In this document: positions 24,468-37,983 of the stretch, piece by piece
Layout: every line of letters begins with the position of its first letter
How positions within the stretch are numbered: the stretch's first letter is position 1
Assembly: GCA_977016875.1 (NCBI GenBank)
Contig: CDRNST010000067.1
Span: forward strand, 2,418,001-2,482,000
From: Pavona decussata
Taxonomy: Eukaryota
DNA length: 64,000 nucleotides
Direction: 5' to 3'
Made by a program: the position numbers and the translations under genes
The notes under the pieces: model-generated
The model's database searches: none
What the model saw: only the letters and a program-made list of their open reading frames with translations
Told to the model about the DNA's origin: nothing

Positions 24468-25331
24468 ATGGTTCGGGGTACCAGCAGAGGAGATGACATT
24501 GGGTAAGAAAACTTAATCTTTGATTCTGTCTAGTATTTCTCTCACTAAAGAACCTTTTTCGCCTTAAAAATTGAGTTAATACTGACTGCGGTCCTTCTTT
24601 CATCGGCGCGTTCTTGAATCTCAGAACCTGTAAAGTTTAACTCTGTTGTTCTGTGATTTCTTTTCCCCTTTAGGAAGATCTTTGTTGGTGGATTGCAACC
24701 AGAAACAACAAAAGGTAAGAAAACACTTGCTGGGGAAATATCTAACTGTTTTTGGCATATTTGCATCGTGTATGCTGGCGTTGTGTTATGCTTTATAGCA
24801 CGTGGGATCATTGACTTGTCGATGCCTGTGGTCTCGTTCTTTACCATTCACTCCGTCTATCTTTCAGAAAGCTTACAGGAGTATTTTTCAAAGTTCGGTG
24901 AAGTTTCGGACTGTATTGTCATGAAGGATAGTGTCACCAAACGTTCAAGGTAAATATGACACTGTACTTGTGCTACATCAGAATGATCTTAGTGTCAAGA
25001 TCAGTTCCACAATTCAATAATTTGATTGATAATGTGTTATATTTTGTATATGTAGGGGTTTTGGATTTGTCACTTTTCAAGATCCAACTTCTGTGGATAA
25101 TGTGTGTCAAAAGCCTGACCATGTTCTTGACAACAAAAAGGTATATATATCCTCTTTTTATTTCACCCCCAAAATTATAATTTTATCAAATACATGCAGA
25201 TTTCACTTTTGCTGTGCGTCTGTTCCATTTTGCTCTGTCTGTTCAACACTCACCACTGACTGAAGGTTGGAGGTGAAATGATTCAGCTTCACCTCGATGC
25301 TATGTGTATTGTGTTACACTGGTCATGATTC

Positions 25332-25387
<56 letters not shown>

Positions 25388-28300
25388 ACAAGTGCCGACA
25401 CATCTTTTAAAGCAATGATGTAATATTGTTCTCTGAATTATATATTTTTGTCCTTTTATATTTTAAATTCTTGATTTATAGTTTTTTAGCTTAGAATTGT
25501 GTTTCATTCTAATATCTTTTGTAAATCACGCGTAATTCAGCCTGTGGCTGCAAGGTTTTTGATTAAGAAACTATCTATCTAATATTATTGAAGTCATTTT
25601 TACAGTTTTTATTTGGTCTAAACTCTTTTTTATATATACAGCTATTTCAATTAACGTTGTCGGATTAAAATCAAGCTAAAAGACAAGACCGCAATGTTTT
25701 GTGGGATTATTTTTTATGAATAATTTCATCAAAATCATCCCTGCACATGCAGGTCATTGTACTGCTAATTACAATCTATTGTTTTCTCCAGGCATGACTG
25801 ATTTTGATGAATTTATTCATAAAAATCCCACGTAAACTTTCGGTCTTGTCTTTCAGCTTTATGCTTTGAACCGACAACGTTAATTGAAATAGCTGTATAT
25901 ATATATAAGAATGTCACATTTTGAGGCTGAGGCTGAACAATCTTATTATTTTTGGCAAAATGAGCCTGAAAAGTGCTTAAAATGCTCTTAAGTTATCTGT
26001 TATAGTATTTTAATAAATCTATGTTGACATGACCAAGACACCTATTATTTGGGTTAATTGGATTGTAAAGACTAAGTTTTTACATGTATTATTTATCCGT
26101 TAAAACATTTGGTGGTAATAAAAATGTTCTAACTGAGTCTAAGCGTGGGTCATGTTCTTATCCTAGTATGTTCTTAAAGTTTAGTTAAACTCAGCCTCAG
26201 TATTCTTATAAAAAAGGTTCTTATATACACTGTATGAAGCAAGCAACCAAAATAGAAGGTACAGTGTCTAGTAGTCTACATAGTGTTTATTATTGTAAAT
26301 GTTGGTGTTGTGAAAGGCTAACAAAAAAAAAATTAAAAAAAAATGATTTTAACATCCCTGGGTAAAATCTCAATTCAGATGAATTGGTGCCAGTGTGATG
26401 AAGTGTAACTTCAGCTAATGTCTGATATTGATGAGCAACATTATCAAGTGTGTTAAATCTGGTGTTCCTGTTATAGATTGATCCGAAGCGTGCCGTGCCA
26501 AGGGGGCCAGGACAGCAAGCTGTTCTCTCCCAACAAACCCCAGCCGGCCCTCCCAGTGTAAGTACTTGAACTGTACTAAATTGCCTGTAATTAAACTGTA
26601 GGGTATTCAGGTACTTTCATTTTTTATAGCATATTGTTAGTTGATTGTTTCTCAACACACCCTAAACCAAGGTCAGTGGTAACTGAGTTTCTCAAACAAA
26701 AAGAACCTAACAACAACAACAACAATATATTTGAAAAACAATAATAAATGGTTTGTCCCGCAAATAGTGACAAAACTAATCGAGGCGGGACAAGAGGAAT
26801 ACAGGAACACTTTAGAAAACTCATTAAAACTTTAGAACCTACAGGTCACTTAAGTTGCCGACAAATTGGTGCAAGGAGTCTTGAAAGGGTTTTTAACCAT
26901 GTGAGTGTGTGTTACCCACCCATGCCATAGCTAAGGTGCATGCATCAGCTGAAGGTACATGCATCATCTTCCTGAAGACCATTAGAACAATAGACGACAA
27001 AAGTATCCCTTCCAGGGGAGGTAAAGAACAAATGCGAAATTGCAGAAAATCAAGAGTGGTTATTGGTGGCTCAGACTACAATGGGTTAATATTAGACCAG
27101 TGAAAATTCATGAAACACTACACAGATCAAAACTTACAAATTTTTTAGGCTTTTACTGCCAATAGCATAGCAACCCAAATGGAGCCCATGACCTTAATTT
27201 GCCACTGGATACCTATATTCTTTCAGAAGGATTCAGGAGGTAACAATGAAAACAAGATATTTCTTGGTGGACTAGGAAGTGACACCACAGAGGAGGATTT
27301 GCGTACATTCTTTTCTCCATTTGGCAAGGTATAGTCAAAGGTTGTTACTGTATATTATTGTTCTGTACAGTTTTAGCCAGCCTGGTTAGTTTTGAAGGTT
27401 AGACTGGTTTGAAGAAATGACTGGTATTGTTGGTGAAGAGAAAGATTGTAGATCTGCTCTTTTACCGTATCTTTTGCCGACTGTGTTTTCTTTGATCTTG
27501 CAGGTTGTTCACGTGAAGTTGATGTATGACAAAGAGACCAGCAGAATGCGAGGTAAATATTGTTTGGAATGGGATATGCTAGTTAAAGCTGAAGGAGACA
27601 GCTTTTCTATTTTTAACTTTGTCAAGTTTGTTTTGGGTTTTGATAATCGTTTTTCCATAAGAACACACTATCACTTTGCATCAAAGTACAGTATTGGTTA
27701 CATTAAAACATAGATGGTTGGTCATCAAACATTTGAAGGCTAAATTTAATTGAAGTTTAATCAATTTGAATTGAATGGAATTATTTGTGTTAAATTTATT
27801 TGGAGTCTTGAAAGATATATGGTAACTGACATTGTTATAGTTGAAAATGGTTTCTTTCAAACTTGGTAACTTTCAAGAATAAAAGTTTTAAAGTTAGAAT
27901 GTTTTAAGGATCAGTGTTTGCAAGAAGTCAAGCTTCAACAGAATGAGCTTCTTCAAAGGCAAATCTATCACACTTCAATCTGTTTTATTAGTCCTGGATA
28001 TAATTTGGTTTTTTGATGGGATGTATTAGCCCTCCACCTGAATACGTATCTCCTGCATGTTTTACTCAATTGTGTCTATTGTATTGTATTTGTGCTATCT
28101 GTGCATGTATTTGTTAATGATTGTTATCAATAATATTTTATTTCTGCGGCAGTTTAGATTTACTTTTGTTACCTTGTTAACCACTGTGGCAAAGTTTTGT
28201 TTTAGTACAGCTGTATTCTCTGCTTTTTCTCTATTAGAATTTTACTGTCTTTCAATGAATTATCTGAAATTTGAGTGAAAATTATAACATTTAAAGTAAT

Positions 28301-31300
28301 GCTTTTTTGTACTTTGTAATTTTCCTAACAGTATTTTGGTCTGAAAGAATCAACTTGGCTCTTAGTTTTGCTAAATGTGTGACCGTGAAAGGCAAAACGG
28401 ACACTAACGGAAAACCGTTGGAACGGCAAAAACGCACAGATGACGAACGGTTTACAGTTTGGTTGACCGTTCGTACGGATGAATAATATTATTGGAACAG
28501 TTTTATTGGCCATTCAAACAGATTATCGAACGGTTTGATTAACCGTTCGAACAGATGAATAAATCATTCGAATGGTTTGGTTACCTGTTCAAACGGATGA
28601 CTTAATTGCTCGAACGGTTTGCAAAAATAGTCCTGAACGGATAATCTATGCTTTGAGCGATGTTGTTCTGTGGCCTGTTGATAATTATTTTCATTGTAGT
28701 CGGTGTTGTCATCACGCGTTATCAGTGATGTCAATTGTCCAAGAACGTTTAGTCTTACGATCCAAAGAGAAGAACATAGTCATGCTGACCTTAAACCGTT
28801 AAGCATTTTGAGCTTGATTCCAGTTTCGGTTCACCGCTTGAATGGCTCGAGCGCTTTGCGAAATTGTTCCGAAGAAATAAATTTACCTGCCTTTAAGAAT
28901 AGAACGGGCAATCTTTATACTTGTGGCCTATAGTTTAATTTTCATTTTAGTCCGTGTTGTCATCACGCATTATCTGTTCTTGTGATCGAAAAAGAAGAGT
29001 GTAATAAAATTAATCTGTGCTAATGTGGACCGCTTTGAGAACTGAACGACACGTTCAAAACATTCGTTTGGTGCATGGTAGCATCTCAGATTTAGTCAAA
29101 CCAAACTGATGTTTGTTTGAAACAATTTGATGCTGGTTATCACACAGGGAGCAGATAGTCCTATTTGAGCGTATTTCCAGTTTATAGATTCACTGTACAA
29201 AGATTAATGTAGCGCGGAACTACAAGTTGCTGATTCAAACCACCGTACGTGATCGAACTGTAAACAAACGATCCTTTCCGCGTCTGTTAAAATCCCATCC
29301 TACCCTCACGACGAATGCCGCATACAGTAATGACTGTGGACTATCACTCGTGGTGACTTTACTCTCAGCACTTTGTTATTGCGTTTTATCCCCGTCTAAA
29401 TTCAACTTCTTCTTTTCAACTTCTAGTTCTCATTTTATCTTTGCTGTCCGAGAATCTATGTTAGAGTTTCACAATGCGACAGTTCGTGACTTGACCACTT
29501 AAGTGGATAGGATTTCAACAAACGTGTAACACATGGAGTTGCGTGATCAGTGACGTTAAACAGTAGCGACATCAATTTTCTATTTATATCGTTTATTTAC
29601 AACAACTTTTAGCTGTACGAAACTATAACAACTACTTATAAAGAAGACTCAATAACTCTGGGTTATTGTCACCTTATTTTCACAATATTTTACCTACATG
29701 TATTACTCCTATTATTGAACCTAGTTAAGATCATTGTCGCTTCTAGAACATTTCTGTTAACTTGCCCGGACAACCATTAACTTGCTAACCCGACATTTAG
29801 TATTTATTTTGCCCTTAATAGCCCGCCAAATCTTCCTTTTTTCCTCTGACGATTCTACGGGAAACTTTGCAAACACTAATGCTCTCAAACTGTTCGACTG
29901 CAATTATTTCTCCTATCGAATGGATACGTCGAGAACGGATGTTGAAACCGTTCGAACGGTTGTTGCAACTGATAAATGGATACAATTAACCGTTCGAACG
30001 AATGTTGCAATTAACTTTGAACAGATGTCAGAATCGTTCTAATGGATGTCAAAACCGTTCGAATGGCTTGTTGAACGCTTTTAACGGATTTTTTTAGGCG
30101 TTCAAACGGATAACGATTGGTTAACCTTTTGGAATGGATAACCGTTAGTGTCCGTTTTGCCTTTCACGGTCACATGTAAATGTATCTGAGTTTTACCTTG
30201 TACAGCCAGTTTTAAAATTTTATAAAGTTTAAGTTATGGTGTTTGATATCTTGGTGTCAGTGGACAAGAAAGCTCCTAAATTAAAGACTGCGTATGTCTT
30301 GTATTAAAGTATGAAATATCTTCTGCCTAGAAATTCAAACATGAGGTAGATTCACATGTGTGAATTAAAGTTGAGCATGTTTAAATCTTAGATCAACGTA
30401 AGGATTTTTAAAGACAGTACTGATAAAAACAACTCAAAACTGTTGTTTTCTGTAATAATGTTTTGTGAGTATTTTGTGCTTGTCTTTCTGTTTGTTGCTT
30501 TTTTGAACTTTCATTTGTTTACTCTGTTACATGTTCACGTATGCTGATGTTGTCATTTAATGTTATTTTCCTGACAACTGTTGAATACTTATGCTGAAAT
30601 AACAATTACTGTTACTGTTGTTTGGGCAATTTGTGGTGATAGGCTTATTATGGTCACTGCATCTGGCATTGCCAGCAGGGAGAAGAATGCTTTGTCAACC
30701 TAGAAATCAGTCTATAACAAAGAAAGGCAATAGTCAAATAATTAGCAATTGCCTTGACATGGCATTGAAATATTATAAGCTGTACCAATATCAAAGGAAA
30801 TGTATGGAAATAAGTGTCAGGAGGATTACTTGGTCATAATAGTGTACCTAGCTGAACCTACAGGAGGTACCCTTGAGTAATTCACCCGACGGTAGTCTAC
30901 AGCTGATTATTTTGTGTCTCAAGTACTTACAGTTCAACAAAACTCAAGGGGTCATAATCAAGGCCAGCAATACTTGAGAAGCTACTGATTTTAGATAAAA
31001 ATCGAGTGATTTTACTCACACTTGCCACATCTTGTTATCCAAATTACAGTGTTCTATTATTTAAACCAAGTTCCTTGTATCACCTGATGGCAATTTGTTG
31101 CACCTTGACATTACCCCTTTGAATTGTTGTTGTAATTTCAATTATATTTGCAGGTTAGTTGTATGTATATTTGCAGAAATTAACGTATGCTTTATTTTAC
31201 GTATTACTGTATTATGGTAGGCTTTGGTTTTGTAACGTTTGACTCAAGTTCAGCAGTAGACGAGGCTGTCCGTAAACATTATCATGGCATCAATGGAAAA

Positions 31301-34300
31301 ACGGTGTAGTGAGAGTTTAAGTTACTATTTGTTATGTTGTATTGGTGTTGTGCTTGGAAACAAGGCTACATTTTTAGTTCTAAGGAAGTGCTTGGAAGCA
31401 AGGTCTGAGTGACTGTTGATTGATTGATCACTTTTTGGGATGCATTTTCAACAAGTAATGCTATTTATTATTCAACACATTGTGACACTGCCTAAATATG
31501 GTCATGGTGAACTCAACATACGTCGTCCGCACATAATTGATATCCTGCAATATGCGTAGTTTTCGTGCGTCAGGGAGAAAAATGGCACAGCGCTTTCAAA
31601 AAGTAACGACCTCACAAGAACATCAAACTATTAATAACGCTGTTTTATACTGAACACAAAAAAAAAACCACCAAGTTTTCTGTTGAGAATTGTAATAGTT
31701 AGTGCAAAACTTTTTACTGCTTACCTTTCTGTTTATGAACTGGCAAATTACAGTTCAGCAAAAACATTCAATATATTTTTTGCTAGACTTCTGTCGCTTT
31801 TGGATTGTCGTGTATTCTAGGGCTCAGAAATTATAAACACTTACATGTATCTCCTTAGATTGGTTCTTGCAACCGTTAAAGAGAGATCTTGACTTGTCTT
31901 GAAGAGATGGAGAAAACCACCTGAGAAAAGCTCGCACTGAAGTGCCTCGAGAAATTTTAGCTTTCTGGCAGACAAAAAGATAGACGAAAAACAAAGTAAT
32001 TATTCTCAGAAGCATCAGAGCCGCTTGAAAAACAATTTAGTTTCATTAAAGATCCAGAGTTCTTGCAAGCAATAAGGCACAAAACAAAAAACACTGCAGA
32101 AACACTGAGGAAAGATCGTAAAATTGCTTGCATAGAAAACAAAGAAACACTCACCAGAGAAATCATTGAAAAGCTTTTCCAGTCTGTTCAGCTCGGCCCG
32201 GCTGACACAAGAAATCCTTTGCAGTTTCAAAATGCTCTTTGGCTTTAGCTTGAGGCTACAAATTGGGGGAAAATTTTGCCGGGGCGATTGGCACACTAGA
32301 TGAGTACTCAATTTTGAACTTGAACATAGCTGCCGCTTTCATTTGTGCCGGTCCGTGCGCAGGAAAATGTTACAAGTTTCTTTTTTTGACAAATAAAGAA
32401 TGCCTCCAGCTTTTCTGCTATAAACCTGTGCTTTGTTATCAATGTGTTGAATAATAAAACAATTATCCTGCTCAATCTTGTGGAATGTTGCCTTATTTTA
32501 GTCAACTCGGCCTACGGCCTCGTCAGCTAAGTATCAGGTGATATTCCGCGCGATTTCGCAGGACAATTGTTAACTAAACTTATGACTGTTAAAATTGCTG
32601 GATGGTGGTTTTATTATGTCCATTTTACAATGTCCTTGAAGTCACTGAGGGCTTTCTTCCTTGCACCCCAGTATTGATATATTTTACTGGACTCCTTAAC
32701 TGGCCAGTCATGTGAATTAAGAAGCGTAATGCAACACTGGTAAAATAATCCTAGAAAGGATTGATGAAAATTACAAGTATTGCCAGTTGTTGCCGTAAAG
32801 AGTAATCACAGATACTTATTTTGGCCTTCTACATTATTTATACCTCTCTTTGCTAACTGTTGGAGTTCACCTTAAAGTCATTGTTCTGGATTTATAAATT
32901 AAATTGAATTTTTATGGTTGTCAATGAGAGGTACAGATGGGCAATGGCCTGTTATACAGACACATAGGGTACAGGTGTGATTGTTCACATTGATATGATC
33001 GTTATAGTTCATGTAACAGTGGTAAACATTGATTTGTACACTAAAGTTGATCTCTTATGTCAAATGATCCCTGGTATAGTTCTCCGGTGTTGTAAACAAT
33101 TTTTACTTCAGAACCAAGTGTCATTTACACTGAAATGAAACAAAAATAATCTTAAGAAAATTAGTTTTGCACAATGTACACTTACAATGTACACTTATGC
33201 TGTTAACTGTCCAGCTAAAAATAGTCTAGTAAGTGTTTTTTAATATATTTTCTTGTGTGGAAATCTTGGCACCTTTTGTTTGTTTGAGTAGTTGGTTGGC
33301 TTATGGTATTCTTTGGTCTGGTCTAGTCTTATTTTTTTTATACTTCACTGCTATAGAAATAGTATGAAAATGTTTATTTGATCTGCATTTTGTTGACAAA
33401 GTCTTGTAATGGACTTGATCTTGCAATACTACTATAACTACTAATAATAAAATGGTGTAGTGATGCTGAATTTAGCCCAGACAACCCTCCAGTCTACTTT
33501 GGTCTCTTAACCATAGTGGACAAATTAAATATAAAGTGGTTGTGCTAAGCACTTCCATTCTTTTCTTGTTTAATTCGTCAAAACTGTTTGCAAGGAACTA
33601 ATCTTACTTTAAATTATGTGTAGCTTTTAATGTTAGGGCCTAGTAAAAAAAATATTTTCCTACACTACACTTGATGGTGAGAAAAATGTTTTGGATCAAA
33701 AAGGTCCATTGTGCATAGAATGAAATTGATTATTTTCTAATTATAATAAATTGTAGGATAAAATTTTAATCAGCTATACACAGCTGTCTTAATTGATGAA
33801 AATTAATGTCACATGTGGCTGGCTTTTTTTATGTTATCAATGTTTTTGGCCCATAGCAGAAACAAACCATGTGTTGTAAATTAATTAATTTTCAACCAAT
33901 GACCATTGACAATATATTTTTTTAACTATGTGTAAGTTTGCGATTGCTCACCTCTGACAACAGTTTCCTTTGATAAATTCGTTTTTACTGGTTACTGTGT
34001 TGCTAAGATGCTGTTATGTACAACTGCATGTGACAAACGTTGATGGCACTTGATTTGCTATTTGTGTATTTTTCCAGTCGTCTGACTCGTGATGTTGTTT
34101 CAGGTCGAGGCAAAGAGAGCTGAACAGCAGCAACCCAGAGGTGGAGGGCAAGGCACAAACATGGCAGGCGGCATGGGTGGAGCTCAAATGAACACTGGCT
34201 ACGGCAGAGCTGGTCATTATGGATACACTCAACCAGGTTAGAACATTGCAGTCGATAGTCTCTAATACAGATGCCAAAGGGACAGAGCTAAGTATCTATA

Positions 34301-37295
34301 ATAGGAAGGTGCCCATAATATAGAGGCTTCTGTCAGTAACTGACTCCAACTCATACTATAGGTACAGCTATTCCTATTCAATAGGCATTATTGAAAAATG
34401 TTTTTATAGCTTATCACAAATTGTCTCACAGGATGTTGGAATATTTTCAAGTACAGTGAACAGTAATTATCACTTCATATAGCTTGTCAGCCAGTTTTGA
34501 TTTATCACATCCAGAAAAACATTGAAAAGTTCTGATAATGTTTCACTGTATGACTTTGCTCTGTCTCTTTGATCACTACAGTCTTGTGTCTGTACTGAGA
34601 GGTAAAGTGTATGTGCATTTGTTCCCTTGGGCACAAGCTCTAAAGTGTTTTGTTGGTTCCCTTTATCTTCTGGCAGGGGAGGGGGGGAGGGGGTATTACT
34701 TCTAAATGTCAATAAATGTAATAATATAAAGATGTTTGTTCTTGCAGGCATGGCACCTTCCCCAATGGGCATGGGCAGAGGCTATCCAGGGTATGGTGCT
34801 ATGGCTTCAGCATATCCAGCAGGATATGGTACTTATGGTAAGGTTTAGCTAACCTCAGTGTACATTAAGAAACCTGTCCTACAAACATGCTATTTACTTG
34901 GCCACGTAGTAACTACTGTCATTGTTTTCACCCAAACAAACTTATGCAGTTATTTCCTTATCAAAAACATCCTATCAACAATCCTGCTGATAGAGCGGCC
35001 ATATTTGTATGGTGTTCCACTGTGCTGAGAAAACAGCATACTAGGTCATTGGCTGTAACCCATTGGCTCCTGCAAGGTTTTTGAGTTTTGTGTAAATTAA
35101 ATTTGTCAAGAACAGAAATGAACCTAAATGCTCAGTAGATACATGTAACAAACACTGTCTACAGGTTTCCCAAATTAACTTCCTTTTACCCTGGAATAAA
35201 TAAACATTTTCTGGTTTAAATTAAACCTATGGTCACCTTTAAAGTAATGGCCAGAAAATTACCTTGAAAATGAAAATTGTGAAAATTCTCTGTATTATGC
35301 AAATTAGTCAATGTTTACACAACAGTGCCTCCTAAACACAACTACGAATTAACAAAGACATCATAATTGACAGCCAAAAATTGTATTCAAATAAACAATA
35401 AACTTTTGAGTTTATTGCATGGAATTTCTGCAGACACGTCACCTCTGTTCAAAGAAATCACTTAATTTTATCTGCTGCTTTGTGCTTCATTTGCAATAGA
35501 AAGCTATGATTAGGGGCAAGATTTCTGCTTTAATCACAAAACAAAGTAAGCTATGATTATGAGCAAGATTTCTGTTTTAATCACAAAACAAAGTGCAAAG
35601 CGACACATAAAACATTGGAAATGTTTCCCCAAGTGTCAGGCATGAATCTTTACACTTACTACATGTAGCTTCTCTCTGTTGAGCCAATTTCTTGGGATCT
35701 GGGAGTCCAGTGACAAGTATAGGACTGATGAAAACTTCCCTTCTTCCCTTAAATAGATATGCAACTTCTTTTGCTTTCAAAATGCTGTCTGTTTCAAACA
35801 TTAGCTTAATTCATAGTTTGTTTGCTTGGCAGCTGTGGGAACACAGGGAGTTCCACCAGGATATGATCAATCTTCAATGTATGGTCCTCCAGCCGGGCAG
35901 GCTGCTGTAGCAGCAGCAGGTAATTAGTGTATGTGAATGACAGAGATTGTTGCAGCTATTTTGAAAGTAGTGTATGGTTTTCTTCAAAACATGCAATAAT
36001 CCTGCCACAGTTGGTATACCGTATCTGCTTGCTGTTGTTGAAGCAATATTAGGGAATTGCAGAGTGATTGATGTGTGCTCTGCTAGCTTTTGATTTAGTA
36101 TCAGATTGCATAAGTGTTTTTGGTGGATAAATTTTACTGGAAAGTGATAGTTATGTGCAAGAAACAGTGCTAAGGTAATAAGCATTTTGTGTGTATTTGC
36201 AGCTTTTGGAACAGGTTATGGAACTGCTCCAACCTCAGCTGCTGCCTCCATGGCTGTAACATCTGGTGCATATACTGATTACAGTCAGATGCCACTAGCA
36301 TCTCAAGCTACGACACCTGGAGCAGCTCCTGGGACCCAGCCAAGATTGGACACTCCTGCCGCCGCTGACTACTCTGCTTATGGTAAGAATTGTCTCCACA
36401 AAAGGACTGTTTCTTTAATTTAATTTGAAGAGGCTCCTTCAGCTGAAAATATAAATGTAGGGAAGATAGGAAACAGAGGGAAATATAGGAGGTTGAAAAT
36501 GTGTCCAATAAAGTTGTTTTGTTTTTCTCTTATTCCCTGCTTGAATGGTTATTAAAAATGATACCAAAGAAGCCCTCCTTCTAATATGAAGGGCCTCCTT
36601 TTTCATAAATACCGCTCTTCAAAGGTAGTTTTGTTAATAAGCCCATATTTCTATAAACATCCACACATGAATAGATATCTTCGCTGCATAAGTGCTCCCA
36701 TTCCAATATCTTCCCCTTCTGAGAGAACACTGAAGAAACATGCATTGATGTAGAAAATTGTACACCGAGACTTCCTTTAGATGTACAATTTTATTGAACA
36801 TTCATGATATTTTACTCACCAAGTATAAACTGTTGTTCATATTATATTTTTATTTAGTAGTTTCTACACTTTCAGATGTCAAATGAAAGCAGTTATCTGT
36901 CTCCAATGTGTGTCCTCCATTAAACTCTCAAAACAAAATAATAATTGGTGCCCTGGGCATTTAATTAAATTGCTGATGGGTTTTCAGAAATGGGCACATT
37001 AAAAAAAATTGAATGGCAAGTGTGAAAACTTGTTGCTATGTACTTGTTACAAATTCAGTGACTCAATGAATGTGTTATAAGCTAATGTTGGTTGCTGCTG
37101 TATTGTACAGGGCTCGGGAATTATCCGCAGCAAGAATCCAGTTATGGACCAGCCAGAACATCATTCTCCTCAGATGCCAATAGCTATGCCAGTTACAGTG
37201 CTAGTGATCAAGGGGGTTATGGAAACTCATATGGAGGAGAGTCATTTGGAAGAGGGGCTAATGTCGCGCGTGGATTCCATCCATATGGACGTTGA
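24468..37295 (+). CDS. DAZAP1: DAZ-associated protein 1 / Hrp48-type hnRNP (2 RRMs + Gly/Tyr/Pro-rich tail), 13 exons, ~410 aa
   Basis: Exons 24468-24502, 24674-24714, 24868-24949, 25056-25140, 26477-26557, 27227-27328, 27504-27552, 31221-31303, 34104-34236, 34748-34837, 35833-35919, 36203-36382, 37111-37295; all GT-AG and in phase (1233 nt). Motifs: DDIGKIFVGGL (RNP2), SRGFGFVTF (RNP1), IDPKRAVPRG, NKIFLGGL, MRGFGFVTF, VEAKRAE, and C-terminal GFHPYGR as in DAZAP1 (GFHPYRR). Confidence 0.88.
25386..25580 (+). mobile_element. Short 3' end of a CR1/L2-like LINE in DAZAP1 intron 4
   Basis: CGTAATTCAGCCTGTGGCTGCAAG...(CTAT)n matches the 3' UTR end CGTAATTCAGCTTATGGCT of the LINE at ~41180. Confidence 0.55.
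25639..25895. mobile_element. Palindromic MITE inserted in (TA)n (Tc1/mariner-like TA target)
   Basis: TIR CAGCTATTTCAATTAACGTTGTCGG / CCGACAACGTTAATTGAAATAGCTG with TATA flanks. The inverted symmetry extends through most of the element. Confidence 0.85.
28379..30173. mobile_element. 1.8-kb non-autonomous TIR element in DAZAP1 intron 7
   Basis: Perfect ~32-bp TIR GTGACCGTGAAAGGCAAAACGGACACTAACGG. ATGT flanks both ends (4-bp TSD, or a TG TSD if the termini are TGT..ACA). Many subterminal (A)CCGTTCGAACG motifs. Confidence 0.88.
31465..32575 (+). mobile_element. Degenerate Crypton (DUF3504 / tyrosine-recombinase-type) remnant in DAZAP1 intron 8
   Basis: Broken frames give RSIRAA..FIKDPEFLQA..LRKDRKIA..LTREIIEKLFQSVQLGPADTRNPLQFQNALWL, resembling the CryptonA/KCTD1/ZMYM DUF3504 region. 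Inverted repeat ATTATTCAACACATTG / CAATGTGTTGAATAAT and a terminal hairpin region. Confidence 0.65.
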
Positions 37296-37694
37296 AATTA
37301 CTGATGACCTTTTATCTTGTCAAATCATTTTCTTTGAACTTTCAGAATACAAGTATATATGTTCCTTAGCTTTTTGGCATTTGGGGGGAGGCGGTAATGC
37401 TGGTTTTTTTATACCGTGACAATGTTTTAACGTTTCTACATTCTTTATTTTTCGGGCTTAGGAGAACTTGTACTTGTTTATTTGATACCAAAGAATATCC
37501 ATTCTTATAAGTGTTCTTTACCTTTTCAAATAACAGAGAATACTTTCAAGTATTCTCTGTTGAATATGAAATCATATTCTGAGATTAAGTAGTTATGTCA
37601 GCAGTTTTTTTAAACTGTGAAGACATTAGTTGGAACATACTTGTTTGGCTATTCTGACAGGATCCTATGTTCATTATTTATATCCAGAGTCCAG

Positions 37695-37983
37695 GGCTTG
37701 GTTGTTCAAAAGTAGACTAGCAATGAAGTTTTTTTTTATTTCTTGTTTTAGTTGCAGTTTGAAAGTAGGAAAAGCCAATGCAGGGCAAAGAGAATACGTA
37801 GAAATCCTGACAAAATAAACTTAAAAGTTGAATTACCTTGGATTCAGTGATCTGTGTTGTTGCTAATAATTTTGGGCATAGGCCATTATTATTTTAATTC
37901 TTCCATTTTAAATGATTGTTCTAGATACAAGAACTGTAACAAGAGGCTTGCAAGGTTTTGCTTGTGCTTTGAACAATCATGCC
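37695..37983. mobile_element. Old PIF/Harbinger-like MITE downstream of the DAZAP1 stop (probable 3' UTR)
   Basis: Degenerate TIR GGCTTGGTTGTTCAAAAG / CTTTGAACAATCATGCC with CAG on both flanks. AATAAA at ~38180. Confidence 0.5.

Noticed and set aside
24468-37295. Calling the RRM gene Musashi or hnRNP A1
   Set aside because: The DDIGKIFVGGL start, IDPKRAVPRG and terminal GFHPYGR fit DAZAP1/Hrp48 better; a phylogeny would be decisive.
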